Assembly: GCA_977020255.1 (NCBI GenBank)
Contig: CDROCS010000410.1
Span: forward strand, 372,001-436,000
Reading direction: 5' to 3'
DNA: 64,000 nt
DNA from: Obrimoposthia wandeli
Taxonomy: Eukaryota
Shown: one piece after another, positions 63,762-64,000 of the stretch
Layout of the letters: the number at the start of each line of letters is the position of its first letter
How positions within the stretch are numbered: position 1 is the stretch's first letter
Notes under the pieces: generated by a model
Told to the model about the DNA's origin: nothing
What the model saw: the letters and a program-made list of their open reading frames with translations, nothing else
Database searches by the model: none
Position numbers and translations under genes: made by a program

Positions 63762-64000
63762 ATGGGATTAATCGTCAACGGCCAGTGGCATGATCAATGG
63801 TACGAAACCAAAAGTAGTAAAGGTCAATTTGAACGTCAAGAGAGTCGGTTCAGAAACACTATTTCCAATGCTGAAGGTAGCCGCTATCCAGCCGAAGCAG
63901 GTCGCTACCATTTGTATGTGTCGTTAGCTTGCCCTTGGGCACATCGAGCATTGATTTTTAGACAACTCAAACAGCTCGAAGACATTATTACTGTCAGCGT
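63762..64000 (+). CDS. yqjG: Glutathionyl-hydroquinone reductase, 5' part (runs off window end)
   Basis: Read by hand: MGLIVNGQWHDQWY...GQFERQESRFRN...AEAGRYHLYVSLACPWAHR; GGAG RBS. Not in the ORF track. Confidence 0.92.
   Translation, partial: MGLIVNGQWHDQWYETKSSKGQFERQESRFRNTISNAEGSRYPAEAGRYHLYVSLACPWAHRALIFRQLKQLEDIITVS

Overview
A 64-kb stretch of an AT-rich marine gammaproteobacterial chromosome. Gene content and style suggest a Moritella-like Alteromonadales/Vibrionales organism (inference). About 60 CDS are supported. I saw no rRNA, tRNA, CRISPR array, integrase or intact transposase. Recognisable modules: the start of a Flp/Tad pilus locus (flp and rcpC, both missed by the ORF track); norR-hcp-hcr with a sigma54 promoter and three NorR boxes; AraC/aldB; a DUF1778/GNAT toxin-antitoxin pair; the hut operon; a Crp-like regulator with a BCCT transporter; bglB; a paiB/GNAT/MocR trio; recX; ArsR plus permease; an MCP; yghU; a polar amino-acid ABC transporter; and LysR-DoxX-yqjG. 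The strongest candidates for undescribed biology are: (1) a giant lipoprotein (3 FnIII-like repeats, 3 Lcl/DUF1566-like domains, helical stalk) directly upstream of flp, with a divergent poly-Asp lipoprotein; (2) an AT-rich PRTase+HAD pair joined by an in-frame TAA-ATG, possibly a split glycan ribofuranosyltransferase; (3) an Hcr with a ~120-aa N-terminal extension carrying three KLxxPKLSFxLG repeats; (4) a GC-elevated, structured, non-coding ~350-nt segment next to arsR that may be an orphan IS110-type ncRNA end; (5) an AraC-cupin-3betaHSD-like-SDR-IclR cluster of unknown substrate. All family assignments come from motif recognition by eye; no database searches were run.
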